Source of the DNA: Candidatus Saccharibacteria bacterium UBA3304
GTDB lineage: Bacteria; Patescibacteriota; Saccharimonadia; Saccharimonadales; Saccharimonadaceae
Direction: 5' to 3'
Length of the DNA stretch: 64,000 nt
Assembly (NCBI GenBank): GCA_002361425.1
Contig: DESW01000014.1
Span: 376-64,375, forward strand
Shown here piece after piece: positions 18,953-28,633 of the stretch; positions within the stretch are counted from its first letter, which is position 1, and each line of letters opens with the position of its first letter. The notes beneath the pieces are model-generated. The model was not told the origin of the DNA. It did not search any database and saw nothing but the letters and a program-made list of their open reading frames with translations. A program made the translations under genes and the position numbers.

Positions 18953-19792
18953 ATGCAGATCAAAAAAGCTATTATTCCAGTTGCAGGCTGGGGCACTCGC
19001 CGCTTGCCTATCACTAAGGTAATTGAGAAGGCTATGCTTCCTATCGGCAACCGTCCGCTCGCGGATTATGTCGTTGAAGACTGCGCTAAGGCTGGTATCG
19101 AAGACGTCTATATCGTCATCGACGAAAAACCATTTTCTCAGATTAAAGCTTATTACGAAGAAAACGAAAAGTTGAATAATTATCTCGTCGCTCGCGGCAA
19201 GGCTGATAAGGTTTCCATTGCAAACACTCAGCGCCCAGGTATGACGATTCATTTTTATTGCCAGAAAGACGTTGACGCTCGTTACGGCTCTGCTTGCCCA
19301 GTCGCACAGGTTGTAGAAGAGTTCGGTATTGATGAGCCAACTGTTGTCCTTATGGGTGATGACTTCATTTATAATGCTGATGGTTCTTCTGACCTCGTTC
19401 GCCTCATGGGATGTATTAATGAGCCTACTGATTCTGCAATGCTTGCAACCGAAATCGATCCAAATGACGTCGAAAAATACGGCGTGCTCAAGGTTGATGA
19501 CGGTATCTTGACCGGTATTTACGAAAAGCCAAAGAAAGAGGAAGCTCCGAGTAACCTCATTAACATTAGCAAATACATCATGTCGCCTGTGCTTTTGAAG
19601 CGCATCGTTGATTACTGTCATGAGCACGATTTCGGCCCTGGCGATCAGGAGTATCTCATTACTGATCCAATCATCGACCACATCAAAGCTGGCGAAAAAA
19701 TCTACGTCAAGCCAATTCGGGGTGAATATCTTGATGGCGGTTCCGCAGAGGGCTGGCTCCACGCAAATAACGTAGTTTGCGGCGGTAAATAA
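18953..19792 (+). CDS. galU: UTP--glucose-1-phosphate uridylyltransferase (GalU-like)
   Basis: KAIIPVAGWGTRRLPITKVIEKAMLP, MGDD, YGV, EKP and EYLITD motifs. Confidence 0.85.
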   Translation: MQIKKAIIPVAGWGTRRLPITKVIEKAMLPIGNRPLADYVVEDCAKAGIEDVYIVIDEKPFSQIKAYYEENEKLNNYLVARGKADKVSIANTQRPGMTIHFYCQKDVDARYGSACPVAQVVEEFGIDEPTVVLMGDDFIYNADGSSDLVRLMGCINEPTDSAMLATEIDPNDVEKYGVLKVDDGILTGIYEKPKKEEAPSNLINISKYIMSPVLLKRIVDYCHEHDFGPGDQEYLITDPIIDHIKAGEKIYVKPIRGEYLDGGSAEGWLHANNVVCGGK

Positions 19793-20010
19793 TGCAGATT
19801 TCTGTGCGCGTCAAACCTGGTGTAAAGGGTGCGACGCGCCTTGAAAAACAAGAAGACGGCAGTTATGTCGCCTTTTTGCATGCACGTGCGCACGACGGGG
19901 AAGCGAATAAAGCGCTCATCGAGCTAATCTCTGATGAATTTTCCGTACCAAAAACGAGCATCAATATTACTTCCGGTGCTCATTCGCGTGATAAGAAAAT
20001 CTCTTTCTAA
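19792..20010 (+). CDS. DUF167 (YggU) family protein
   Basis: VRVKPG, DGEANKALI and SGAHSRDK motifs. Confidence 0.9.
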   Translation: MQISVRVKPGVKGATRLEKQEDGSYVAFLHARAHDGEANKALIELISDEFSVPKTSINITSGAHSRDKKISF

Positions 20011-21189
20011 TTATTTTAGGAATTTCTCGTCTTTAATTTCGTCTGGTAGATAATTTTTGTCGAGCTTGAAGCCGGCTTCCCATTTTTGCCCTTCGCCAAA
20101 ACCGAGTTCTTTCATGAGCTTAGTTGGTGCATTGCGGAGCCAGATTGGCACCGGCAGTCCCATCGTGCGACGTGCCATGTCGGAAGCTGCGTACCAGGCG
20201 TCAGTAGTCTGGCGGGATTTCTTCGACTTTGCGAGTGCGGTCGTGACGTGCGCAAGAATTAATCCGCTCTCTGGCATACCGATACGTTCAACTGCCATGA
20301 AGGCATTGAGTGCCAAGCCTAGTGCGCCATTGCCGGCTAGTCCGATATCTTCTGAAGCAAAAATCACCATGCGGCGCGCGACGAATTTTGGATCTTCGCC
20401 AGCATCGAGCATACGCGCAAGGTAATAGAGCGCCGCATCGGCGTCGCCGCCACGCATCGACTTAATAAAAGCGGAGATGTTGTCATAATGCTTGTCGCCT
20501 TTTTTGTCGTAGCCAGGCACTTTACGGCCGGCCGCTTCGAGCACTTCTTGTACGCCAACTTTCTGCGATAAACTGAGCGCTAATTCGAGGTCGCCGAGTG
20601 CTGAACGGGCATCGCCGCCGGATAATTCAGCAAGATAATCAACTGCGGCTTTCGTAACACGTTTGGTTGCTTTCTCGGCCTTAATAGCGCGATTAAGTAC
20701 GGCAATAATATCGTCTTTGCTCAGATGCTTTACGACTACGACGCGACTGCGGCTGAGAAGCGGGGAAATCACTTCGAAGCTCGGATTCTCGGTCGTGGCG
20801 CCAATCAAGGTAATCAAACCAGATTCGACGTGTGGCAAAAAGGCATCCTGCTGCGCCTTATTGAAGCGGTGAATTTCGTCTACGAACAATACGGTGCGCT
20901 GTTTGAGGTTCCAGTTTTTCTTGGCCACTTCGACGACTTTTTCGACGTCTTTTTTGCCGCTTGTGACGGCAGAAATTTCGATAAAATCTGCTTTAAATTC
21001 CTTCGCGATGATACGCGCAAGCGTAGTCTTACCGGTACCAGGAGGGCCCCAGAAAATAATGTTCACTGGCTCCTGTTTGCGCACGATTTCGGTAAGGATT
21101 TTGCCCTCACCAATAATCTCATCCTGGCCAATCACCTCATCGAGGCTCTTTGGGCGCATGCGTTCAGCGAGCGGGACTCTATTGTCCAT
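20011..21189 (-). CDS. rarA: Replication-associated recombination protein A (MgsA/RarA)
   Basis: [46 protein letters not shown] and ASEDIGLA motifs. Confidence 0.96.
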   Translation of the reverse strand: MDNRVPLAERMRPKSLDEVIGQDEIIGEGKILTEIVRKQEPVNIIFWGPPGTGKTTLARIIAKEFKADFIEISAVTSGKKDVEKVVEVAKKNWNLKQRTVLFVDEIHRFNKAQQDAFLPHVESGLITLIGATTENPSFEVISPLLSRSRVVVVKHLSKDDIIAVLNRAIKAEKATKRVTKAAVDYLAELSGGDARSALGDLELALSLSQKVGVQEVLEAAGRKVPGYDKKGDKHYDNISAFIKSMRGGDADAALYYLARMLDAGEDPKFVARRMVIFASEDIGLAGNGALGLALNAFMAVERIGMPESGLILAHVTTALAKSKKSRQTTDAWYAASDMARRTMGLPVPIWLRNAPTKLMKELGFGEGQKWEAGFKLDKNYLPDEIKDEKFLK

Positions 21190-22177
21190 ATTTCTCCTTT
21201 AAAACTTTGCGAGCGGCGCGCAAAATTGCTAGCTCACGAGCGGTGAAGAATTTTGCCTGATAAATCATATCGGTAGTATCAATCTTTTCGACCGCTGCGA
21301 TTGCGGCGTCGATATTATCGAACCATTCTAGCTCAAAGCCGTCCTCTTCTTCGTCGTCCATCAGATTATTGCCGACGAATTCTGTCGCACGTGCGAGGAA
21401 GGCGTAGGAAATATTAAACTGGCCAAACTTATGGCGCGTTTCGTGTGTATAGCCAAGCGTGCAAAGTGGCTCGATTTTCCAACCGGCCTCTTCGATAACC
21501 TCACGATGTAATGCCTCGGTGATTAATTCACCTGGATCAATACCGCCGCCAGGTAGCTTGTAATAGCCACGATTCTTAGCATTAATTAGAGCAACGCGAT
21601 AATCCTTGTCGACTAGCACAGCGCGTGAAGCAGTGCGCTCATCGAAAGTCGACTCGTCCTTGTCTTCTGGCAAGCCGAAATCGCTGTCGCGGAAATGCTC
21701 GATGCACTTGTCCGGTACGATATCTACGCGGAAATCAGTGAAGGTATTATTCTCGTTGTAATCGAAGTAGGCATCAATCGTTTTACCGCGAAAAACGTCC
21801 GGCATCCAGTGCTCGTCGTCACCCCACATTTTGTTGTATGGCAGGGAATTAATTTCGTACCAGCCCGGGATGAGCTCATCGGTCTCGACCGGCTCGCCGT
21901 CAAAATCCTCGCTCATGTAAACATGGGTAATGTCGGTTTCTGGCTCGCCTTTATAGTAGAGGTTGCGAAAGACAATCTGGCCAACCTTATGCGCGTCGCG
22001 GACCTTGATTCCAACCTCTTCCTCAGCCTCGCGAATTGCAGCAGCTTTTGGTGTTTCGCCTGGCTCAACTTTGCCGCCTGGCTCAGTTAATTTTCCGGCA
22101 CCAAAACCGCGTTTCTTGATTCCTAGGCAGGTCTTATTGCCGCGTTTTAGAATCATCAAAGTTAGGTGTCGAATCAT
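21179..22177 (-). CDS. Tandem double NUDIX hydrolase (MTH1-like domain plus second NUDIX domain)
   Basis: KKRGFGAGK..GGKVEPGETPKAAAIREAEEEVG and GGGIDPGELITEALHREVIEEAG boxes. Confidence 0.88.
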   Translation of the reverse strand: MIRHLTLMILKRGNKTCLGIKKRGFGAGKLTEPGGKVEPGETPKAAAIREAEEEVGIKVRDAHKVGQIVFRNLYYKGEPETDITHVYMSEDFDGEPVETDELIPGWYEINSLPYNKMWGDDEHWMPDVFRGKTIDAYFDYNENNTFTDFRVDIVPDKCIEHFRDSDFGLPEDKDESTFDERTASRAVLVDKDYRVALINAKNRGYYKLPGGGIDPGELITEALHREVIEEAGWKIEPLCTLGYTHETRHKFGQFNISYAFLARATEFVGNNLMDDEEEDGFELEWFDNIDAAIAAVEKIDTTDMIYQAKFFTARELAILRAARKVLKEKYGQ

Positions 22178-22184
22178 ACGCCTC

Positions 22185-22850
22185 CTATGCGCTTAATGGT
22201 CTTGTTCTTAAGATATATAATACTCCATTTACGAAGGCCCAGTCTAGGCTAACAGGGGCGCCGATTGCTTTTTCGGCCTTGCGCACGGCGTGCCACAGTT
22301 GCTGAACCTGATCGGCTTCCAATATAAGCTCGTCTTCGTCGCTTTCAAGCGCCACGGTGCCGTCACGCTTGTCGACTAGAATCATTTCACTCTCATCTTC
22401 ATTTCCGAGCACGCTGTTATTTGCCCACAAATCTGCCTCGATAACTATCTCGTCGCGCGCATCAGTATAGGGGTTCTGTGAATGAATCATACCACGTAGC
22501 TCGCCGTCGAGAAATTCCTGCACGACGATTGCGCTTGGCGTCCAGCGGCGCTCGGCGTTTGCCTGCATGTACATAATTGTTTCAATCAATTTATCGCGCG
22601 ATACTGGCGCAATTGTTTCGGTGGCGTCGCTAGAAACTGGGGAAGCGCGCAAAATCACTTTCTGGATTTCGAGTTTGTCGAATTCGCGCAAGATTTCGTT
22701 ACTCAAACCATAGCCGACATGCTTATCGATAGGCACGATAAAGCCACGTGCGGTACGTAGGCCGGCACGCTTAGTCTTAGCTAAGAGCGAACCTAACTGG
22801 CCGACAATTCGAATGTCGTCGCTAGCGTCTAAGGTTAGAGTATTACTCAT
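22185..22850 (-). CDS. Degenerate PEP synthase/PPDK N-terminal (ATP-grasp-like) domain protein
   Basis: AGLRTARGFIV, IVVQE, IVIEA and LDWAF...LYILRTRP motifs; no His-swivel domain. Confidence 0.65.
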   Translation of the reverse strand: MSNTLTLDASDDIRIVGQLGSLLAKTKRAGLRTARGFIVPIDKHVGYGLSNEILREFDKLEIQKVILRASPVSSDATETIAPVSRDKLIETIMYMQANAERRWTPSAIVVQEFLDGELRGMIHSQNPYTDARDEIVIEADLWANNSVLGNEDESEMILVDKRDGTVALESDEDELILEADQVQQLWHAVRKAEKAIGAPVSLDWAFVNGVLYILRTRPLSA

Positions 22851-22961
22851 ATTTGTTAATTATATCATAAACATTGACTTTTTGCACATTTTGTGCTATA
22901 ATGAAGGCATACCATTAGGTTTGTCGCTTATAGACAAAAGTACATTGAAGGAGGTTGTATT

Positions 22962-23594
22962 ATGGGATACACCAACAAAGAGTTAACAGAGAAATGGCAT
23001 GCAGAACGCGACCGCGCTAATCAGGAGCAGGCACGCGCAGCAGAGCTTCAGGGCAAGCTGGCAGCTGTTCAGGATCGCAACAGTGAGCTTGAGAAGCTCA
23101 ATGGCGAACTCGAAGATAAGCTTAAGGCTTCTCAGGCCCGCATGGATGCACTCGAGGAACAGATTAAGTTTCATGAGGCTGCCACTAAGAGCGCAAACGA
23201 AGACGCTAATGAACAGCGTGCTAAGGTTGCTAAGCTTGAAGCGCAGCTCAAGGCTAAAAAAGAACGTCTGAGTCCTGGTGCTCAGGATCTGATTTCGCAT
23301 ACTAAGCACGATCCGGATGCAGATATCATTTCTACGGACGCTATCATTCATGCTGCTGCATCAGTTGCTTCATCTAGCGAGAAGGACACCAGCTTCCTTA
23401 ATGTCATTTTAGCGGCAAGCGCAAGCGATCCCGCAGTCGAAGAACGTAGCTATATCGAACTCACCGACGGTGATGACGAAGGCGACGACGAAGAAGACGA
23501 TGATGATAACGAAGAGGAAGAGGAGCCAAATGAGTCTGGCGCTCCATATGGACGCTCGCCCGATGGCGAGTATCTTGATCCAGACGAGGCTTGA
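22962..23594 (+). CDS. Coiled-coil hypothetical protein with acidic C-terminal tail
   Basis: Heptad-like N-terminal half, D/E tract, promoter 22874-22902, GGAGG SD and terminator. Confidence 0.8.
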   Translation: MGYTNKELTEKWHAERDRANQEQARAAELQGKLAAVQDRNSELEKLNGELEDKLKASQARMDALEEQIKFHEAATKSANEDANEQRAKVAKLEAQLKAKKERLSPGAQDLISHTKHDPDADIISTDAIIHAAASVASSSEKDTSFLNVILAASASDPAVEERSYIELTDGDDEGDDEEDDDDNEEEEEPNESGAPYGRSPDGEYLDPDEA

Positions 23595-23671
23595 TTCTGA
23601 CAAGAAGTAATTCTCAGTTTTAACTCACCGACAAAAAACCACCGCATCCGTGCGGTGGTTCCTTTTTTATC

Positions 23672-24412
23672 TTAAGCCTTGAAGATGCTCTTGATGTCGT
23701 TTGGAAGCATGATTACGGTCTTCTGGCTTGGGTCGGAAGAAATCTTTTCAAGCGTCTGAAGAGTACGAATCTGAATACCGCCTGGAGTATGAGCGAGAAG
23801 CTGTGCAGCCTCGGCAACGGACTTAGCGGCAGATTTTTCACCTTCTGCGGCAATGATTGCGGCGCGGCGTTCGCGTTCAGCTTCTGCCTGCTTTGCCATT
23901 GCGCGTTTCATATCACCTGGGAGCTCGATGTTTTGGAGTTTAACGTTCTCAATATCGATACCCCACTTGTCAGTCTCCTTATCGACGATTTCCTTAATCT
24001 GAGCGGAAATTTCATCACGCTTAGAAAGAAGCTCATCAAGCTCGAAGTTACCGGTGATATCACGGAGAGCAGCCTGAGCAAAGTTTGTAGTTGCGTAGAC
24101 ATAGTTAGTAGTCTCAAGCAAAGCCTTTGCTGGATCGAGCACGCGGAAGTAAACGATTGCATCGACACCTACGGTGACGTTATCCTTAGTAATAACTTCC
24201 TGCTTTGGCACATCAATAGGTGTGGAACGAACGTCGACACGAGAGACGGTCTGCAAGTATGGAATGATGACGCGTAGACCTGGTTGCTTAATACCGCTAT
24301 ACTTGCCAAGCGTAAAGACAACACCGCGCTCAAACTGACGAATAACACGGCAGCCTGGCAAGATAACGAGCAAAATCACGAAGATAATTACTCCAATAAT
24401 TAGTTCTGGCAT
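23672..24412 (-). CDS. SPFH/band 7 (slipin/stomatin-like) protein
   Basis: ERGVVFTLG, QEVITKDNV and MAKQAEAERERRA motifs. Confidence 0.93.
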   Translation of the reverse strand: MPELIIGVIIFVILLVILPGCRVIRQFERGVVFTLGKYSGIKQPGLRVIIPYLQTVSRVDVRSTPIDVPKQEVITKDNVTVGVDAIVYFRVLDPAKALLETTNYVYATTNFAQAALRDITGNFELDELLSKRDEISAQIKEIVDKETDKWGIDIENVKLQNIELPGDMKRAMAKQAEAERERRAAIIAAEGEKSAAKSVAEAAQLLAHTPGGIQIRTLQTLEKISSDPSQKTVIMLPNDIKSIFKA

Positions 24413-24451
24413 ATTAAATACTCCTTTTGTTTTTTCTTAATTAATTATACC

Positions 24452-25171
24452 TTATTTCGAAGCAAGGCCAGCATCCATTAGGCGCTGAACTTCCTTGTAG
24501 TCATTATCGGTATTCCAGGTGCCCGCAAAGCCGTCTGCGGTGAATTTGTCGAAGAAGAAACGTGGCACGCCGCCATTGATTTTCTTCTGAGCTTCCTTCG
24601 TGTTTTTGTCGAGCTCAGCAACAGTCTCGTTATTTTTCATGCAGCTAACGAGCTTGTCGCGATCGATACTATCTAGCTCGTCGGCGATATTATAGAAGTA
24701 ATCCATGCTGAGTGTAGGAATTTTCTCGCTATAGCGGTCTACACCGATGCCACGAGAGTGGTAATCTTTGTAGATCTTAGCGAGCAATGCGTAGTAGTAT
24801 CCCCAGAAGTCACCCTGTTTTGCAGCGCAATATGCTGCTTCGCCAGCTGGGCGACTATTCGTCGAGTGGCCGTTTTCATAGTTTACGTCCGTGACGCGAA
24901 TCTCGAATAAGATGTTATTTTCTTCAATGTAATGCTTGTCGAAGTGCTCCATATTGGCAGCAACCGCATCAGAGAACTTGTCACAGTATGGACAGAAGAT
25001 ATCGGTGTACATAATAAAGTGATGCGTTGCGGTCTCTTTATTGCCCTTAGTCATTTGTTCATTCCAGACGGTCATATCAATCGGTGTAGGATTAATCGAG
25101 TTAAAGATAACTAGTGCGCCCAAAAAACCGACGACTAAGACTAAGAGTCCGATTCTAATGGCTTTTTGCAT
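24452..25171 (-). CDS. Membrane-anchored DsbA-like thioredoxin-fold protein
   Basis: TM anchor, YTDIFCPYC, AAYCAAKQGDFW and GVP cis-Pro loop. Confidence 0.88.
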   Translation of the reverse strand: MQKAIRIGLLVLVVGFLGALVIFNSINPTPIDMTVWNEQMTKGNKETATHHFIMYTDIFCPYCDKFSDAVAANMEHFDKHYIEENNILFEIRVTDVNYENGHSTNSRPAGEAAYCAAKQGDFWGYYYALLAKIYKDYHSRGIGVDRYSEKIPTLSMDYFYNIADELDSIDRDKLVSCMKNNETVAELDKNTKEAQKKINGGVPRFFFDKFTADGFAGTWNTDNDYKEVQRLMDAGLASK

Positions 25172-25766
25172 GTTCCTCCTTGTAGTTCTTGCTACTAATT
25201 ATAATGAAGTTAATATAGCCTAAGCGAATAATCGAGTAGAGTAGAAGTATGAAGGCGAGAATGGTTAGAGCGTATCCGACCGTCTCGGATAATGCGACTG
25301 CACTTGCGCCGGCAATTGCGGATAGTAATGGCGTTAATAAGCCGATACCGCAGCTTGGGCAACCGAGCGCTAGAAAACCAAGCACTGCACCGATTCCGCC
25401 CGTACTGACACCGTTCAACGACTGCTCTTTTTCGCGGTTGCGTAGAGCGAAAACAATTTGCGTTACGACGATACCTTGCCATAGTGATAGAAAGATAATC
25501 GTAATGCCATAAAACGAAGTAAAGTTCTCTAGGATTGCCGGAAATATGCGCCCCAGTATTTCTAGCTTACGGTCGATGGCGAGGCCTGACCAGATTAGCT
25601 GCCAGTTGCTACTACCATCGCGGAAGAAGGTTAGGAAATATAGAAAAACCAAGAAACTCAGCAAGAAAACCGCTAGATATTTAGGTTTCTTAAGGATATA
25701 GCCCGTACTAACTAGCGCAAACTTACTGCGATCCGAGATTGTTTCAATTATTTTTCGGATTGCCAT
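25155..25766 (-). CDS. Membrane protein with GCPSCG motif
   Basis: About 4 TM segments with CxxC within or next to a TM; overlaps both neighbours. Confidence 0.75.
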   Translation of the reverse strand: MAIRKIIETISDRSKFALVSTGYILKKPKYLAVFLLSFLVFLYFLTFFRDGSSNWQLIWSGLAIDRKLEILGRIFPAILENFTSFYGITIIFLSLWQGIVVTQIVFALRNREKEQSLNGVSTGGIGAVLGFLALGCPSCGIGLLTPLLSAIAGASAVALSETVGYALTILAFILLLYSIIRLGYINFIIISSKNYKEEHAKSH

Positions 25767-26140
25767 AGGCCGTGAATATTACAGAATGCATATGCGCGGA
25801 CCTTACCGTCGCCTCTCATCTTAGAGAACTTAACGACTGGCGGGGTAGTGAGGCCGAGTCTCTGAATTTCGACGCGTTCGCCATCGGTAAGAGCAATCCA
25901 CTCAATGCGATGCTCTGGCTCCATTGGGTGGAGCTGAAGGCCAATCTGAACCTCGGTATCGTTCTGATTGAGCTCAATAATAGGCGCATGCTTTTCGCTG
26001 CCTTCAGTACCGTGAATATGGTCGAGGATTTCCATGTCGCTGCCGCAGCAAGTAGGGCGGACGTTAGGGTCGACCATCACAAACAATAAATTACCGCAGG
26101 TGTTGCAGCGATAGAACTTTAAACCGTCTTGATTTTCCAT
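25748..26140 (-). CDS. dfx: Desulfoferrodoxin (class I superoxide reductase)
   Basis: CNTCGN...CCG desulforedoxin centre; EKHAP, HPMEPEH and CNIHGLW catalytic motifs. Confidence 0.93.
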   Translation of the reverse strand: MENQDGLKFYRCNTCGNLLFVMVDPNVRPTCCGSDMEILDHIHGTEGSEKHAPIIELNQNDTEVQIGLQLHPMEPEHRIEWIALTDGERVEIQRLGLTTPPVVKFSKMRGDGKVRAYAFCNIHGLWQSEK

Positions 26141-26337
26141 ATACCTCCTTAATTACTTTTTATTTTAGCGTATTTCTCTGGCAAAATCTACCATCCCTTT
26201 GGCATATTATTTCACACTAAAATTTTCAAAAGTCAAGGAATTTTGGCGCTCCACCCCTGTAAAATCGTAAAATATCATAAAATAATCTGCGAAAAAGTCA
26301 ATGTTGACGAAAAAAGCGCTAATGTATAGAATAATGG

Positions 26338-26423
26338 CAGAAGGTGTTAGCATCGGACGGGAAGTTGAGAGATCCGCCTGATGCGCAAGATAGGCCCTAA
26401 TCTGCGAAGGGGCTTATTTTTTT
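26338..26423 (+). ncRNA. Candidate ~85 nt small RNA or attenuator
   Basis: TTGACG-17-TAGAAT promoter at 26304-26332; gcatcgg..cgg / ccg..ctgatgc hairpin; terminator ataggccc...gggcttat plus T tract. Confidence 0.4.
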
Positions 26424-26441
26424 ATCTGCTATACTGGACGG

Positions 26442-26975
26442 ATGGAAGATTTTAAAACGATTGAAGGCGCAACCGCTTTATTTAAGGCGAAGAATGCGCT
26501 AGGTAAAGAAAACTGTATCTTTGTACTTTACCTAGATACTCAGCATGAAGGTATGAAATATGGCATCGCTGGCGGTATGGCTGGCGGCCTCGCAGCCGGT
26601 CTCGGCGTAGGTGTTGGTGTTTATAAAAACACCTCAGCTTGCGAACAGATTCTCGCTGGTGACTACAAGGGCCTCCTTGTAAACGCTACTGAAAAAGGCC
26701 TTCATCTTATTGCTTTGCAGGGCAAGGGCGGCGCAATGCTTCGTATTCAGCCAGATAAGCTCACGCCAGAGCTGGATCAGTATATGTTCCTCGATTATGG
26801 CCTTATTAAAGGTATCGAGGTAAAGAACTTCAGCTTTATCCAGAAGAAAGTCCAGAAAGTTCGTATCTCTTATGGCGATAAGGCGAAGATGTTCCTCCTC
26901 GGTAATGTTGCGGAGAAAAACATTCCTTATCAGGCAGAGAACTTCGCAAAGTTTGCCGCAAAGTATAAAAAATAG
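26442..26975 (+). CDS. Hypothetical protein with Gly-rich hydrophobic segment
   Basis: ORF with TGCTATACT just upstream and a terminator downstream; GIAGGMAGGLAAGLG glycine-zipper-like stretch. Confidence 0.75.
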   Translation: MEDFKTIEGATALFKAKNALGKENCIFVLYLDTQHEGMKYGIAGGMAGGLAAGLGVGVGVYKNTSACEQILAGDYKGLLVNATEKGLHLIALQGKGGAMLRIQPDKLTPELDQYMFLDYGLIKGIEVKNFSFIQKKVQKVRISYGDKAKMFLLGNVAEKNIPYQAENFAKFAAKYKK

Positions 26976-27032
26976 TATTTTTAGGCCGTCCGACTATCAA
27001 AGGGCGGCTTTTTTATGGTAAAATAGCGTCAT

Positions 27033-27106
27033 GGTGCGTTGGCGGAGCAGTTACGCAGCGGTCTGCAAAACCGCGTAGACCAGTGCAACTCTGGTACGCA
27101 CCTCCA
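27033..27106 (+). tRNA. tRNA-Cys (GCA)
   Basis: Acceptor GGTGCGT/ACGCACC, anticodon arm gcggt-CTGCAAA-accgc, U73 and encoded CCA. Confidence 0.92.
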
Positions 27107-27124
27107 AGATTATTTAGGTCAGTG

Positions 27125-27211
27125 GCCCGAGTGGCGGAATTGGTATACGCGGCGGACTTAAAATCCGCTTCCTTTACCGGATTATGAGTTCGAGTCTCAT
27201 CTCGGGCACCA
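27125..27211 (+). tRNA. tRNA-Leu (TAA)
   Basis: Acceptor GCCCGAG/CTCGGGC, anticodon arm gcgga-CTTAAAA-tccgc, long variable arm, TTCGA and CCA. Confidence 0.95.
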
Positions 27212-27267
27212 ACCCCTAGAATCGACCCTATTGGGTCTTTTTTGTTGTTTTATTTACAATATGAAAT

Positions 27268-27282
27268 TGAAAATCATTTTCA
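27268..27282. promoter_or_regulatory. Fur/Zur-type operator (7-1-7 inverted repeat)
   Basis: Perfect TGAAAAT-C-ATTTTCA palindrome upstream of the Fur-family gene and znu operon. Confidence 0.65.
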
Positions 27283-27311
27283 TTTTCGATAAAACGCGCT
27301 ACTATAGATAT

Positions 27312-27698
27312 ATGACATATAACACGCGTCAAAAAGAAGCAATTATATCTTTAATCCAATCGAAAAAGACTGATTTTTCCGTAAAAGAAATCTATCAAGA
27401 GCTCGTAAAAAGTGGCGAAGAAATCGGCCAAACTACTATTTATCGCATTATTGATGGCTTAGTCGCAGACGGCCAGCTACAAAAAACGCTCGGCAGTGAT
27501 GGTTCGGCGCGCTTCCAATTTTTAGAAGCCTGCGATCACTTCGGTCACTGTTATCTCAAGTGCAACGATTGTGGCAAGCTTGAACATGTCGACTGCGAAG
27601 ACCTTTGTGACCTTACGGAGCATATCAAGCGCCAGCATAAATTCGCTGTTGATGAAGCAAATATTGTAATTAGTGGAAAATGCAGGAGTTGCCAATGA
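27312..27698 (+). CDS. Fur family transcriptional regulator (probably Zur)
   Basis: TRQKEAI, IGQTTIYR, CNDCG and GKCRSC motifs; heads the znu operon. Confidence 0.9.
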   Translation: MTYNTRQKEAIISLIQSKKTDFSVKEIYQELVKSGEEIGQTTIYRIIDGLVADGQLQKTLGSDGSARFQFLEACDHFGHCYLKCNDCGKLEHVDCEDLCDLTEHIKRQHKFAVDEANIVISGKCRSCQ

Positions 27699-28633
27699 AA
27701 ATGAAAAAAGTTTGGGCGTCACTGGCATTGGTAGCGGTAGTTGCCGGCGTTTTTTGCGCCATGGTTTTCCTGAAGCCTCAACCAAAGAAGGACTTTAGTG
27801 TTGTAGCCACTAACTTTATTGGATATGATGTTGCACGCGCAGTCATGGGTGATTCCGGCGAGGTAAAAATGCTCTTAAAGCCTGGCTCTGAAATGCATAA
27901 TTACGAGCCGACACCTCAGGATATTATTGATATTTCTGAAGCTGACTTCTTTATTTATGTCGGCGGCGAATCCGACGAGTGGGTTGACGGTGTTCTAAAG
28001 GACAACAATATCGGCGAAGAAAAGACGATTCGCTTGATGAACTTTGTTGGCGTTGAACTTGAGGAATTCAAAGAGGGTATGACTGGCGAGAAGGAAGAAG
28101 ACGCTGAGTTTGATGAGCATATTTGGACTAACCCATTAAACGTTGCTCGTATGGTTGAGGCCGTACGCGATCGTTTTATTGCGAAGAAGCCAAGGCGCAC
28201 TGATATTTTCACTACGAACGCAAAGGAGTACACTGAGAAACTCACTAGCATCAACTATCAAATTCGCGACATCGTCAGTAAAGCTAAACGCAAAGAACTC
28301 ATCTTTGCTGATCGCTTCCCATTCCGTTATCTTACGGTCGAGTATGGCTTGGAATATTATGCTGCCTTCCCGGGTTGCGCCGAGCAGACTGAAGCTAGCA
28401 GCAGTACGATTGCCTTCCTAATTAATAAGGTAAAAGCTGATAATATCCCGGTGATTTTGAAAATTGAGCTTACAAGTGATGCGCTCGCGCAAACTATTGC
28501 CAATGAGACTGGCGCGAAGATTATGACGCTCAATTCTGCGCATAATATCTCGCAAGAAGATTTCAAAGCTGGCAAAACCTATGCCGACATCATGCAAGAT
28601 AACCTTGAAGTCTTGAAGGAGGCGCTTAACTAA
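27695..28633 (+). CDS. znuA: Zn/Mn ABC transporter substrate-binding protein
   Basis: PGSEMHNYEPTP and DEHIWTNP motifs. Confidence 0.88.
   Translation: MKMKKVWASLALVAVVAGVFCAMVFLKPQPKKDFSVVATNFIGYDVARAVMGDSGEVKMLLKPGSEMHNYEPTPQDIIDISEADFFIYVGGESDEWVDGVLKDNNIGEEKTIRLMNFVGVELEEFKEGMTGEKEEDAEFDEHIWTNPLNVARMVEAVRDRFIAKKPRRTDIFTTNAKEYTEKLTSINYQIRDIVSKAKRKELIFADRFPFRYLTVEYGLEYYAAFPGCAEQTEASSSTIAFLINKVKADNIPVILKIELTSDALAQTIANETGAKIMTLNSAHNISQEDFKAGKTYADIMQDNLEVLKEALN

Noticed and set aside
23465..23525. GAY/GAR trinucleotide-like run
   Set aside because: Encodes the acidic tail of ORF 22962; not a tandem array.
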